Notes: a model not told the origin generated them from the sequence alone. Numbered from the stretch's first letter, positions 1 to 10,135 are shown. The stretch: DNA of 64,000 nt from Mobula hypostoma (GCF_963921235.1 NC_086097.1:95854001-95918000); one strand, 5' to 3'. Made by a program: numbers and translations.

Positions 1-287
1 GAGAAGGCTGCGGATCAGAGTTTTCACTGGAGAGTCAGAGGATTGGAGATACAGCAGTTAGTGAAGGCAGGTCAGGATGGGTAGTTGGAATGATCAGTGT
101 ACTGATCCCAGGAGTGACCAGCGTGGGGGTGGGTTCTGGGGGGAGGGTGCAATTCAGGGAACTAAAAATCATGACAGGAGAAATTGTGGTGAAGTGAATG
201 CCTGTTGAATATAGATCTTGTGTTGATTATGGTGAGGACAATGTAATCAGGACATGAAGGATTGAAGATAAATAATGGACTTACCAC

Positions 288-1196
288 AATCAAAATTAAG
301 TTTATTAACACTGACTTACTTGACATGAAATTTGTTGTTTTGTAGTAGCAGTACTGTTGAAAGACTTAAGTTACTATAAATGACAAAATAAACAAACAGT
401 GAAAAGTTTATGGAATAATGAGGTAGTGTTCATGAATTCATTGACCATTCAGAAATGTTATGGCAAAGGAGAAGGAGCTGTTCCTAAATCGTTGAGTGTA
501 GGCCTTCATGTTCATGTAGTAATGAGAACAGGGCCTGTCCTGAATGATGAGGGTCCTTAGTGGTGGATGATACATTCTTGAGCTGCCACCTCTTAAAGAT
601 ATCCTCAATGGTGGGGAAGGTTGGGCCCATAATAAAGCTAGCTTGAGTCTACAACTCTGCAACCTCATGCGCTCTTGTGCACTGGAGTCTCCTTGTCTGC
701 ATACCAGGTTGTGATGCAACTAGTCAAAATGCTCTCCACCATACATCTATAGAAATTGGCAAGAATCTTCGATGACATGCTAAATCTCCTTGTACTCCTA
801 ATAAAGTAGAGTTGTTGGTGTACCTTCTCCATGATTGCATCAATGTTTTGGGCCCAGGATGCTGACACCCAGGAACTTGAAGCTGCTCACACTTTGCACT
901 GCTGACTCCTCATTGAGGACTGGTTTGAGTTCTTTCAACTTCCACTTCCTGCAGTCAATTCCTTGGTCTTGCTGATGTTGAGTGTGAGGTTGTATTTGTG
1001 ACATCATTCAACAAAGTGATCTGTCTCACTTCTGTATGCCTCCTTGTCACCATCTGAGATTTCTGCTAAGGGTGGTGTCATCTGGAAATTTATAGATGCC
1101 ATTTGAGCTGTACCTGGCCACACAGTCATGAATGTAGAGAGAGTAGACAGTGGACTAAGCATACATTCCTGAGGTGTGTCTGTGTTGATTGTCAGG
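288..1196 (-). mobile_element. Rex1/Babar-like LINE, 3' part of the RT ORF and 3' end (degenerate); resumes at about 2291-2540
   Basis: Minus-strand ORF fragments QQLYFIRSTRRFSMS..MVESILTSCITTWY and TPQECMLSPL resemble the Rex1/Babar RT C-terminus. The element continues after an insertion at 1197-2290. Confidence 0.75.
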
Positions 1197-2290
1197 TGTG
1201 ATGGTATTGGGATTGCTGGCCGCAAAGCTCTAAACTCATGTGAATTTCTTATGCCCTATCTGATGTAGATAGCTACGGCTGCTCTCACTAAAGGGAGATT
1301 ATACTGTAGCCAGCTACTTTTCAAAAGCTAGTTCACTTCCCTGTTTATCCTCCACAGTGAATTTAATTGTCAATGCCCACCAGTTTCCTCCCCCTCCCTA
1401 CCAAGAAAGATGTACTTCCAGCTAACAAAGCAGTTGAAACATAGTTCATTTATTATTAATGACACACACTTACATTTAAATAAATTTCATAAAACATATG
1501 TGAATCTCAGAGGATTTCTGTCTTGTAAAACATTGCCAAATTACAAACGATTACTAAAACACAAAGAATTTCCAAAACATAAGTTAATTCTTATCAGCTA
1601 AAAAGACATAACAATGAGTTGCAGACAAATGAGTCATCAGTCGCAGAAACCGAAGGCAAAGGAATGGATTCTTGTTCACTTCGTCTTTCTGTTATTCTTT
1701 TTGATGTTCCTGGACCACTCCTAACAAGCCTGACTGCTCTCACATTTATACTTTTTTGTTTGCCACTTGGTTGACTTCAGACACTTGTGATATATTTTCA
1801 GATACCTTTTCACACATGTTCTAAAAGTTTCTAGCGACAAAATTAATGCTATGAGAGGTGAACCTCTGAGTACATAGATCTTCCAACTATTAATAGACTA
1901 GCTATTTGATGTGCTAAGTGACAGTATCAATTTAGTCTGCAAGCCTGCTTGAACTAAGCTTAGCTAGTGTTGTCTGGTTGATACAGGGCAATTAACATTA
2001 CTTCTTCATTATCTTACACTGCAATCAGCCCAGTGTTGTGGGCAAGCATCCTGTGCTCTATAGACAGTTTTTTTTGTTTACACAGCTGTCCTTTTAATTT
2101 CAGACTGATCTTTGCTTGCCATTTACATTAAGAAATGAAGGCTGGCTCCTGTTTATGACAAAAAGCTGAAAAAAATATCATTTGGAGGTTTAATTTACTC
2201 AAAAACACTCCTTAAGCTCATAGCTGCTATGTTAGAAAGCTAAGCTTGCCAAAAGTGTGCCCCAGCCCTGGACAGATAATATCTATCACA
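1197..2290. mobile_element. Unclassified 1.1-kb non-coding insertion with TG...CA ends (solo-LTR-like, possibly with a nested DNA transposon)
   Basis: Interrupts the Rex1 LINE. Termini TGTGAT/ATCACA are a 6-bp inverted repeat; flanks CAGG/CAGA look like an imperfect 4-bp TSD. Confidence 0.45.
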
Positions 2291-2789
2291 CAGAGAGGAA
2301 GAGATGTTATTACTGATCTGTATTGACTGCGGTCTCTCAATAAAGAAGTAGAAGATCTAGTGGCAGAGGAAGGTACAGAGGCCCAGGTTTTGAAGCTTAG
2401 TGATTAATACTGAGTGGACAATGATGTTGAATGCCAAACTGTAATCAATAAACAGCAGCCTGACATACTGAATGCTTTTGCTGTTGTGTAGGTGCTCCAA
2501 AGCAAAGTGAAGAACCAGTGAGATTACATCTATTGTAGACTTTTACTCGGCATTTACTTAGTGAAATTGCATTCTAGCAATGCATCACAAAATGTCACAG
2601 AAGTTCCCAAAGATGGTCCATATTGGATGACATCATTTGATGGATGTCTGACACAGAATTATGTTGGATGCCCAAGTGCCATTCATGGAAGGAAGGGCTT
2701 GGCTGAAATTTCAAACTGATGCAAGAAGACTCTGAAATGATATTTGTAATGTTCCATTCTGGGAAAATGCACTTCAGTATGCATGCGGT

Positions 2790-3100
2790 GCCTCATGATG
2801 GCAATCTCCATCTTTAAAGATCCTCACCATCTGGGATGGACCCTCTTCTCATTACTACTAACAGAGTAGAGGCACAGGAGCCTGAAGATCCACACTCAAT
2901 GATTTAGGAACAGCTTATTCCATTCCATCATCAGATTTCTGAACAGTCCATCAACCCATAAACACTACCTCGTTATTGCTTTTTTTGCACTATTTTATTT
3001 ACTTTTGTTATTTATAGATGTTTGTGTCTTTGCTCTATACTGCTGATGTAAAACAACAAATTTCACAACATTTGTTGGTGATAATAAATCTGATTCTGAT
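2790..3100 (+). mobile_element. Rex1/Babar-like 3' end fragment
   Basis: The motif catcaccatct..gcacaggagcctgaaga..aataaatctgattctgat matches other Rex1 3' ends in the window, e.g. 42300-42632. Confidence 0.6.
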
Positions 3101-3765
3101 CCTGACAGAGATGGGAAATGAAACTTTAAGGCAAATGTGGATGAAGTAATTGGGTTAAACTCATTTACTTGGGCATCAGCAGCCTTCTGTTATGATACTG
3201 ATGGCTATAGTTTCCAGTAGGACTGGACACAGCATGCTAGCAGGCTGCTTAACCATGGAGAGATTCCTAGCCTAGTCCACTCCTCTCTTTTTCAGATACT
3301 CTGAAAGTTAACAAAGGAAGCTTTGTTTTGAAAGTAGACATTTATTTCCCACTGAGACTGTGGATGCTCTTAGTCTGTGTGATGAATGTACTCCAAGAGT
3401 CAGATTAGGAAGCAAGCAGAGGTACTGACCAGAGACACTGAAGGTCATCATTGGTAGAACAGAATAAGTTAGGGACATGCCAGAGGTTCTGTATTTGATA
3501 TGGGGAAATGGAATATCCTAAAAAAAGTAAGATACAGTATATTGCTGGAGCTGTAACAAATTATGGAATTGATTTGAGTTCTGAAGGCTTGGAACAGGGG
3601 AGATAGAGATTGACTTTTTCCAATATATTGGAACAGCAAAGGGCTTTCAGAGGTTTGTAGGGCTGGAGGGTCTCCAGAGATAGAGAGGGACTGAAACCTG
3701 ACCTGAGAGTGAGGTAGAATTTCTCCTTTGCACTTATGAGGAAAACTTAAATAATTTCAAAATAA

Positions 3766-3966
3766 TGATGTACCGTATAGCCTACATTATAATAAGGGAC
3801 TACTTTATGTTGTCGTAACACATCGTTGAATGCGCTTTTGGTGTGTATTGATCTGTACGTGTGTGTTCAGTTCGGTTTCAGTCAGTAAAGAATCCTGTTA
3901 ACTTAGCTCCAGTCTCCAGCATTTTTATTTATAGCTTTGTTGTGTAACCCAGCCACATACACAACA
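3766..3966 (+). repeat. 5' LTR
   Basis: (TGA)TGTACCGTATAG...CATACACAACA; direct repeat of 7137-7334, roughly 88% identical by manual count; followed by AAT-TGGTGATGAG. Confidence 0.92.
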
Positions 3967-3969
3967 AAT

Positions 3970-3981
3970 TGGTGATGAGGT
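3970..3981 (+). promoter_or_regulatory. Primer binding site (PBS) of the LTR element
   Basis: TGGTGATGAGG starts 3 nt after the 5' LTR; TGG is complementary to the tRNA CCA end. Confidence 0.75.
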
Positions 3982-4311
3982 GAATGAACCTATGTCGTAT
4001 TGGAACGCCGTGTTTTAATTGATAACGACACTCGGAAGAAGAGCGCAAGGTACGAGCCAAGGCAGAGTGAGGCCGCGAGTCCGAAAGGAAACGGAAGCAC
4101 AGCTGCAGGTCGGGAACGTCGGGAGACCAAGAGTCACAGCACATCCAGCCGGCGCTGACCCCCAGGGTCTGAGGGTCTGCCTGCCCCAGGAGGCAGGTAA
4201 GAAGAAGTGACACACACATCTAGACGGAATGCGCTTGTGGCGCTAGCAAAAAGGATACTTGAGTCAAAAAGGAAAATAAGGGGAGAACGGGGCTTAATTA
4301 ACATAACAAAG

Positions 4312-5155
4312 ATGGCGATGATTGGAACTATTACAGCATTTAATAGTGACATTGAAGACTGGGCAACTTACATTGAAAGAGTGGAGTTATATTGTGAGGC
4401 TAATGGTGTTAATGATGAAAAGAAAGCCAGCGTCTTACTCAGTATTATGGGAGCAAAAACATACAGGCTGCTTCGGAGCTTGTTAACCCCTGAAAACCCA
4501 GCTGACAAACATTCAAGCAAATAGTAGACACTCTCCAACAGCATTTAAACCCCAAACCACTGGTCATTGCTGAAAGATTTAAATTTCACAATCTCAAAAA
4601 AATGAAAGCATTTCTGAATATTGCGCTGAATTGTGCAAATTATCAGAACATTGTCAATTTGGAGCTGGTCTATTGGACGCATTGAGGGACAGGTTAGTGT
4701 GTGGCATGCACTGTGAAACCAGACAGAAGAAGCTCCTGGGTGAAAAAAACCTTACATTAGAGAAGGTGCTGAGCATTGCAATATCAACGGAAACAGCCGC
4801 ACGAGGTGCTTCCAAGTTACAACAAAAATCTCTGGAATATGCTACAAATAAAATGTCACTGAACAGAAAGGAAGGAAAGGAATGTTACCGTTGTGGGAAC
4901 AGGTCACATGACCCAGGTGACTGTTGGTTTAAAGACAAAAAATGCAGAAACTGTGACAAACAGGGCCACATCGGCAGATTATGCAAAGCTGGTAAACAAC
5001 AGAAAAAGGACAAAATACAGAGAAACAAGAAACCCCAGAAAGGAAAATACAACAAGATGCACAAAATGAAAGAGGGCAGTTCTGATGAAAACGAATCTGA
5101 CAAAAATGAATTGTCTTGTCTGCAACTTCACAGCGTGAAAGAGACAGATGATTGA
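4312..5155 (+). pseudogene. gag: Gypsy gag (frameshifted)
   Basis: MAMIGTITAFNSDIEDWATYIERVELYCEANGV..., LRDRLVCG, and zinc knuckles CYRCGNRSHDPGDC and CRNCDKQGHIGRLC. Frameshifts near 4510 and 4600; in-frame TGA at 5153. Confidence 0.88.
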
Positions 5156-5490
5156 AGAGTAATATGGATCACTCCACAAGTGGTGGGCGTGAGACTGAAA
5201 ATGGAGTTGGACACAGGCTCAGCTTTAACAGTGATCTCTGTACATGACTACAAACGATTGTATTCGCACATACCTCTGAAACGAACAAAACTTCTACTAA
5301 GAACTTACACAGGACAGAAAGTGCATCCCGAAGGCAAGATTAAAGTGACAGTGACCTATGAAGATAAAACACAGCAACTGAACCTCTATGTACTGAAATA
5401 TGGAGGACCACCATTGCTGGGACATGAATGGCTCAGGAAAATCCAGATGGATTGGCACACCATCAAGGCACTAGATGTGTCAACAAAGGA
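5156..5490 (+). pseudogene. pol: Gypsy aspartic protease (N-terminus of pol), same frame as the end of gag
   Basis: [39 protein letters not shown] carries the retropepsin D-T-G and LLG motifs. Confidence 0.9.
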
Positions 5491-5509
5491 GGGCAGCTCG
5501 GCGGGGAAG

Positions 5510-6127
5510 ATGTCCGCAGCTCTCCTCTCACCCATTGTTGACTATTACAACAACGAGGAGGAGCTAGACAGCATCGACAGGGAGACAGATATTGCCAAAA
5601 AGCAGGATGATGAAGACTACCTGGAAGTAAAACAGCAGATGTACCAGGAGAAATTGACATCTCTCAAAAGACAGCTACAGCAGTTACAGGAAGGCACTTT
5701 GCAGGAGTATCAGAAAAGGATGAAGAAACTAGATCAACAATACAAGGAAAGAATATGAAATGCAGAGCTTTTTCAGCAACTGGAGATAGAACAAGTGGAA
5801 AGGAATTACATTAAAGAGAAGAAAGCAGCAATGAAGGAATTTGAAGATAAAAAGTTTGAGTTAGAAGGAAAGAAAAAGATGATTGAGAATGAGAGGCTAA
5901 GTATGGAACTCACAGGAGAGTCTGTGGAGGTAAAGCCAATAATGACTAGAAAATTGAGGAGGAGACCTAATGACCCTGTTCCAATTACAGACAAAAGATG
6001 AAAACCTGCACCTGTGCAGTTAAATTACTTGTTAACAGATGAAAAGATAAGGGAAGATCTGCGAACTCTCAATAAGCTTAAATCTCTGAAAGGACCAGCA
6101 TCTCCGTATTCTCCTGAACAATTTCCT
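5510..6127 (+). pseudogene. SUDS3: Processed (intronless), 3'-truncated copy of the Sin3 histone deacetylase corepressor component SUDS3, captured in the LTR element
   Basis: [124 protein letters not shown] matches vertebrate SUDS3 as I recall it. No introns; two TGA stops at Arg positions. Confidence 0.95.
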
Positions 6128-6919
6128 TGAGAAAGATCCATGAAAATTGGTCATCCCTTAAAAGCTCTTGGACAAAATCAATTCCATTCAAACAGAACAG
6201 CTTTCGCACAAGGTAAATCTTGAACCAGTCATTTCCTCCATTGAAAATCATACACTTAATCCTTTGCAGGGAAGTTTTTTTTGCACGTACATATTTTGAA
6301 TCCTCAGCCAATGTGTCTTGTTTTGCACAAAGAAGTTGGGAAACAGCATCAAAACAGAGGCGAATTCTGGCAACAAACTGTAAGGTTTCTATTGTTGTAT
6401 TTTCACACTCGTGCTGAATGTGCATCTGAAGGAATCCTCCCTCTTGAGCCAGGTAGGTACGCAATCTTCTCTTGCACTGTGCACAACTTCATACATAGAA
6501 TCCTCCAAACAATTCAGAAACAGTGCATAGAATTCAGTCTCATTTTCTTGACCAAGGTTTGTTTTGTGAACTTCAGACAGATAGCACTGCAGGTAATCCT
6601 TAATATCAGCAAAATTGTACTTTAGCAGCAGCTTAAGAACAATGGAATGAATAACTGGATTTCGATCAACTGCTTCTTCAAACAGTGAAAGATTACTGGT
6701 AAAGTACTGATCTTTCTGTGAGTCATTGGATTGCCCCGACTTTTGAATAACTAGCAGAGTCAGCAGATCACCAACCACTTCTTTTAGAAACTAAAGCTAC
6801 GAAAAATGCATCACACTTCTTGCGAAATATGACTAATTTTGCTACAGCTTCACTTATTTCTTCTGTTACCGCTGGTACATAATCATCACCTAGAGAAGTA
6901 CGGCATAGTGGGCAGAGTC
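6110..6919 (-). pseudogene. RNF213: Processed internal fragment of RNF213 (mysterin), end of the RING finger plus E3 module, antisense inside the LTR element
   Basis: Minus strand reads LCPLCRTSLGDDYVPAVTEEISEAVAKLVIFRKKCDAFFVALVS.., VDRNPVIHSIVLKLLLKYNFADIKDYLQCYL, FYALFLNCLEDS, TIETLQFVARIRLCFD and NDWFKIYLVRKL..WIF.KEIV. These are colinear with RNF213 as I recall it; frameshifts and deletions are present. Confidence 0.88.
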
Positions 6920-7123
6920 CCCCTCCAGAGACTTGAGTTATGAATGGGTCTTAGACCAAAAGTAAAAAAAAAGGCTTGTTATAATTGGATATTATTATGT
7001 TACTTTATAACTTGATATTATTCAGTTACTAAGTAAACACATGGTAGGCGTTTGTATGTTAGGGGTAAACATATTGGTTTAGCATAGTGCCCCAGTAAAA
7101 GAAAGTTGATACACTATTAAAAT

Positions 7124-7136
7124 AAAAGGGGAGGAG
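7124..7136 (+). promoter_or_regulatory. Polypurine tract
   Basis: AAAAGGGGAGGAG directly before the 3' LTR. Confidence 0.85.
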
Positions 7137-7334
7137 TGTACCGTATAGCCTACAGTATAATAAGGGACTACTTTATGTTGTAGTAACACATCGTTGAATG
7201 TGCTATTAGGCACGTATTGATCCGTGCGCGTGTGTTCAGTTCAGTTCAGTCAGTAAAGAACCCCGTTAACTTATCTCCCATCTCCAGCGTTTTTATTTAT
7301 AGCTCTGTTGTGTAATCTGGCCACATACACAACA
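7137..7334 (+). repeat. 3' LTR
   Basis: TGTACCGTATAG...CATACACAACA; direct repeat of the 5' LTR. Confidence 0.92.
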
Positions 7335-7457
7335 AATAACATCATACAATGGCACATAAAGGTGATCTATGCCCGGAATGAAGAAATTGTAAATACTGCT
7401 CAACACTGGGTCTGACTTCCCTGTAGTAATTTTTGCTCACTTCCTCTTTAGAGAATA

Positions 7458-7561
7458 ATGGACATGCTGGAGGAATTTGAGGAAGAGGAAGAACAGACTG
7501 AAGATGCAGGAGAGATCAAGAAGGGAAGACACATATCATTTGTCAATAAAGTTGATCACCT
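7458..7561 (+). CDS. DRC7: Dynein regulatory complex subunit 7 (CCDC135), putative first coding exon
   Basis: Acceptor ttcctctttAG (exon from 7452), ATG at 7458, MDMLEEFEEEEEQTEDAGEIKKGRHISFVNKVDH, donor GTAAGT at 7562. Phase 2 fits the next exon. Confidence 0.7.
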
Positions 7562-8389
7562 GTAAGTAAAATTTGCTTCTATTTAATAATTCTCCGAACG
7601 TGTTTGGAATTCATGATACCCAGAACATAAATGCCCAGCACAGGAGCTCTTTAAAAGAAAATCAGAAAAGAAATGTAGTTGGGGAAGGTAAAATAGAATA
7701 TTGGGCCTGTCAGAAACATCTTAAGACATCAATGAGGATATTGTATGGATTGTTGGTTCCACAGGGAAGTTATTAATCCTCTAGAGTGTACGATGCAGAT
7801 TCAGTACATACTGTATTCCTGACATAAAGAAATTAAATTTGCTGAAATATTTGGATTTTTGTTAAAATTGCAGCAATGTATTTAGAAGTATTCGCAATTC
7901 TGAAAGGATCAAATTGAGTAAATGGAAATTGACTTGTTTCCTTTATAAGAGAGCTTAGAACAAGGGAGACTATTAATACTAGATAAATATAGAAGATTTA
8001 AATGCAGGACAGAAACAGAATAAATGTTGTTCAGTGCTAGATTGGAATAACTGATGAATAAAACTGGGTGAAAGGTTCCAGCAATGAGATGAGTGAATTT
8101 TACATGCTACCAAGATTCACATTCTAAACCCTTGCTTGGAAAGGAAACTCAGGAATAGTAGCTCACTTGGTTTAAAGGAATACAGACTGGTTGCATTCAA
8201 TGCTCAGCTGCTTTTTCAGTGTGCATATATCTTTATAATTATTATTAATTGTCTGTATTGTCTGATCTGGTACAAGGAATTCTCAGAATTCTTTATCATT
8301 TCGACAAAGGAAGGTTACACTTCCATCACCAAAGTCTCATCTTCAAATGCAAAGTCTCCTCCATTTCCTCATTGTACAGAAAGCTCCAT

Positions 8390-8740
8390 GTTTACAAGGA
8401 TGTTGCCGAGACTTGAGTAATAGGGAAAGGTTGAACAGGTTCGGACTTTATTCCCTGGAGTATAGGAGAATGAGGGGAGATTTGATAGAGGTACACAAAA
8501 TTATGAGGGGTATTGACAGGATAAATGCAAACAGGCTTTTTCCACTGAGGTTGGCTGAGACTAGAACTAAAAGTCCAGGGTTAAATGTTTAAAGGGAACA
8601 TAAGGGGGAACTTCTTCACTTAGATGGTTGTAAGAGTGTATATGACAATGGAAAGCTATGGTCCAGGTGCAAGTCAATGGGATTAGACAAAATAATAGTT
8701 CAGCATGGACTAGATGGGCCAAAGGGCGGGTTACTGTGTT
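8390..8740 (+). mobile_element. CR1 LINE 3' fragment
   Basis: RERLNRFGLYSLEYRRMRGDLIEVHKIMRGID is a CR1 ORF2 C-terminus. Confidence 0.85.
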
Positions 8741-9552
8741 CAAAGGTACAATTTAATGTCAGAGAAATGTACACAATATACATCCTGAAATGATTTTTCT
8801 TCACAACCATCCACGAAAACAGAGGAGTGCCCCAAAGAATGAACGACAGTTAAATGTTAGAACCCCAAAGTGACCCCCCCCCAGCTCCCTCCCTTCCGTG
8901 CGTAAGCAACAGCAAGCAACAATCTCCCCTCCCCCCACCGGCAAAAATAAAGTGCACCCACAACCAGCACCCAAGTGTGAGCAAAGCAATAGCAAAGACA
9001 CAGACTTGCAGTTACCCCAAAGACTACATTGTCACCCGATAATTTGATGTGCTGCAGGCTCTCTCTCTCTCCTAATAAGGGAGAAAGAGGTGAATCCATT
9101 TTCCAACGAGCAGGAAAGATAACAAACAACTCGCTGGTTTATGATGTTAAAAGTCCATTACGTCGCTTTTTTCGAGCTCTGCGCCTGGACATCGCAAGGA
9201 TCCCGGACACACAGCAGATGTTCCGACTCCCCCAGCGACACACGGGTCTCTTGTTGCGACACCGACCCTTGATTCACCCGTTTCCAGTGGTATTCGAGAT
9301 CTCAGGCTTCTGAATCCGTGCTGAAATCTTAGGCCGAGACTTTGGCATGCCGAATGGCGGGTGATTGTGGAACGCTGAGAGCGGGTCCTATTCCCGCTAA
9401 GAACCATAGTCAGCATGAAACTTCAGGTCAGGGTCTTCAAACAAACCCTGAAAGGGAAAAATAAAAATATTAAAGATGGAAATAGAGCTGTTTTTGAAGA
9501 TGCAAGCAAAGGAGTCGCCGTTGGGCGTCATAACTACTTAGCTCTGCCTCCT
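8740..9552 (-). mobile_element. Non-autonomous, non-coding retroelement with a Rex1/L2-like 3' tail; related copy at 41233-42118
   Basis: Shares colinear blocks (aatatacatcctga, gagtgcccaaagaatga, gttagaaccccaaag, caggtcagggtcttcaa, aaaggagtc) with 41233-42118; no credible ORF. Confidence 0.6.
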
Positions 9553-9929
9553 CTAATGTTCTTTAATCCCACGGAAATAATATGCATCTGAAAGAGAAAT
9601 ACAGGTAAGGGTAATGTAGAGAAAAGAATTCTTGGGTCCAGAATGTAGATCCTAATTCAAACCTGCCATATGGAATTTTTCCACCTAATTTTATTCTATA
9701 AATTCTTTTCCTTATTTAAAAACCTCTATTTACATACCCCTTGGCATCTTCTTTCAATTCCATTTTGATAACTTCACGTTGTGGTTCTTTTTCCATCACC
9801 TCAATATCCAGTTATGCTCATTATTCACAAAGGATAAGAGGATGGTTTTCCCTCAGATAACAAAAAGTGCAGATACTATTATGGCCAAGCTGCAGCCAAT
9901 AAGAGCTATAAGTTCTGGCTCCACAGCAA

Positions 9930-10135
9930 AATAAAAACAGTGGAGGAACTCAGAGGGTCAGGCAGCATCTATGGAAACCCTTCATCTCAACTCCTTCAGA
10001 TGAAGAGAATCCAGATGAAAAGTCTCAACATGAAACATAGAATGTGCATTTCCCTCTTCATGGATGCTGCCTGATCCACAGAGTTCCTCCAGTGCTTTTT
10101 ATGTTGCTTCAGATTCCAGGACCTGCAGTTTCTTG
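9930..10135. repeat. Penelope-like element terminal, quasi-palindromic repeat
   Basis: ggaggaactcag..ggcagcatctatgga followed by its inverted copy gatgctgcctga..gagttcctcca. Confidence 0.6.

Larger units (their letters stand above)
3766..7334 (+). mobile_element. Non-autonomous Ty3/Gypsy LTR retrotransposon carrying captured SUDS3 and RNF213 cDNA segments
   Basis: Direct repeats of about 198 bp at 3769-3966 and 7137-7334, PBS at 3970, PPT at 7124-7136, gag with two CCHC knuckles, protease LDTGS, pol tail PLQRLEL* at 6920-6943, candidate 5-bp TSD AATAA (3761-3765 and 7335-7339). Confidence 0.93.

Noticed and set aside
3929..4352. Short overlapping ORFs in the LTR element leader
   Set aside because: GC-rich 5' leader with no recognisable protein similarity before the gag ATG at 4312.
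5510..6127. SUDS3 as the functional host gene
   Set aside because: Intronless, with two premature stops, internal deletions and a truncated 3' end, and enclosed by LTRs.
6078..6778. RNF213 as a real overlapping antisense gene
   Set aside because: Only an internal frameshifted fragment; no other RNF213 exons recognised in the window.
1..7451. DRC7 promoter or non-coding first exon
   Set aside because: No CpG island or convincing exon identified; probably upstream of the window or not recognisable without transcript data.
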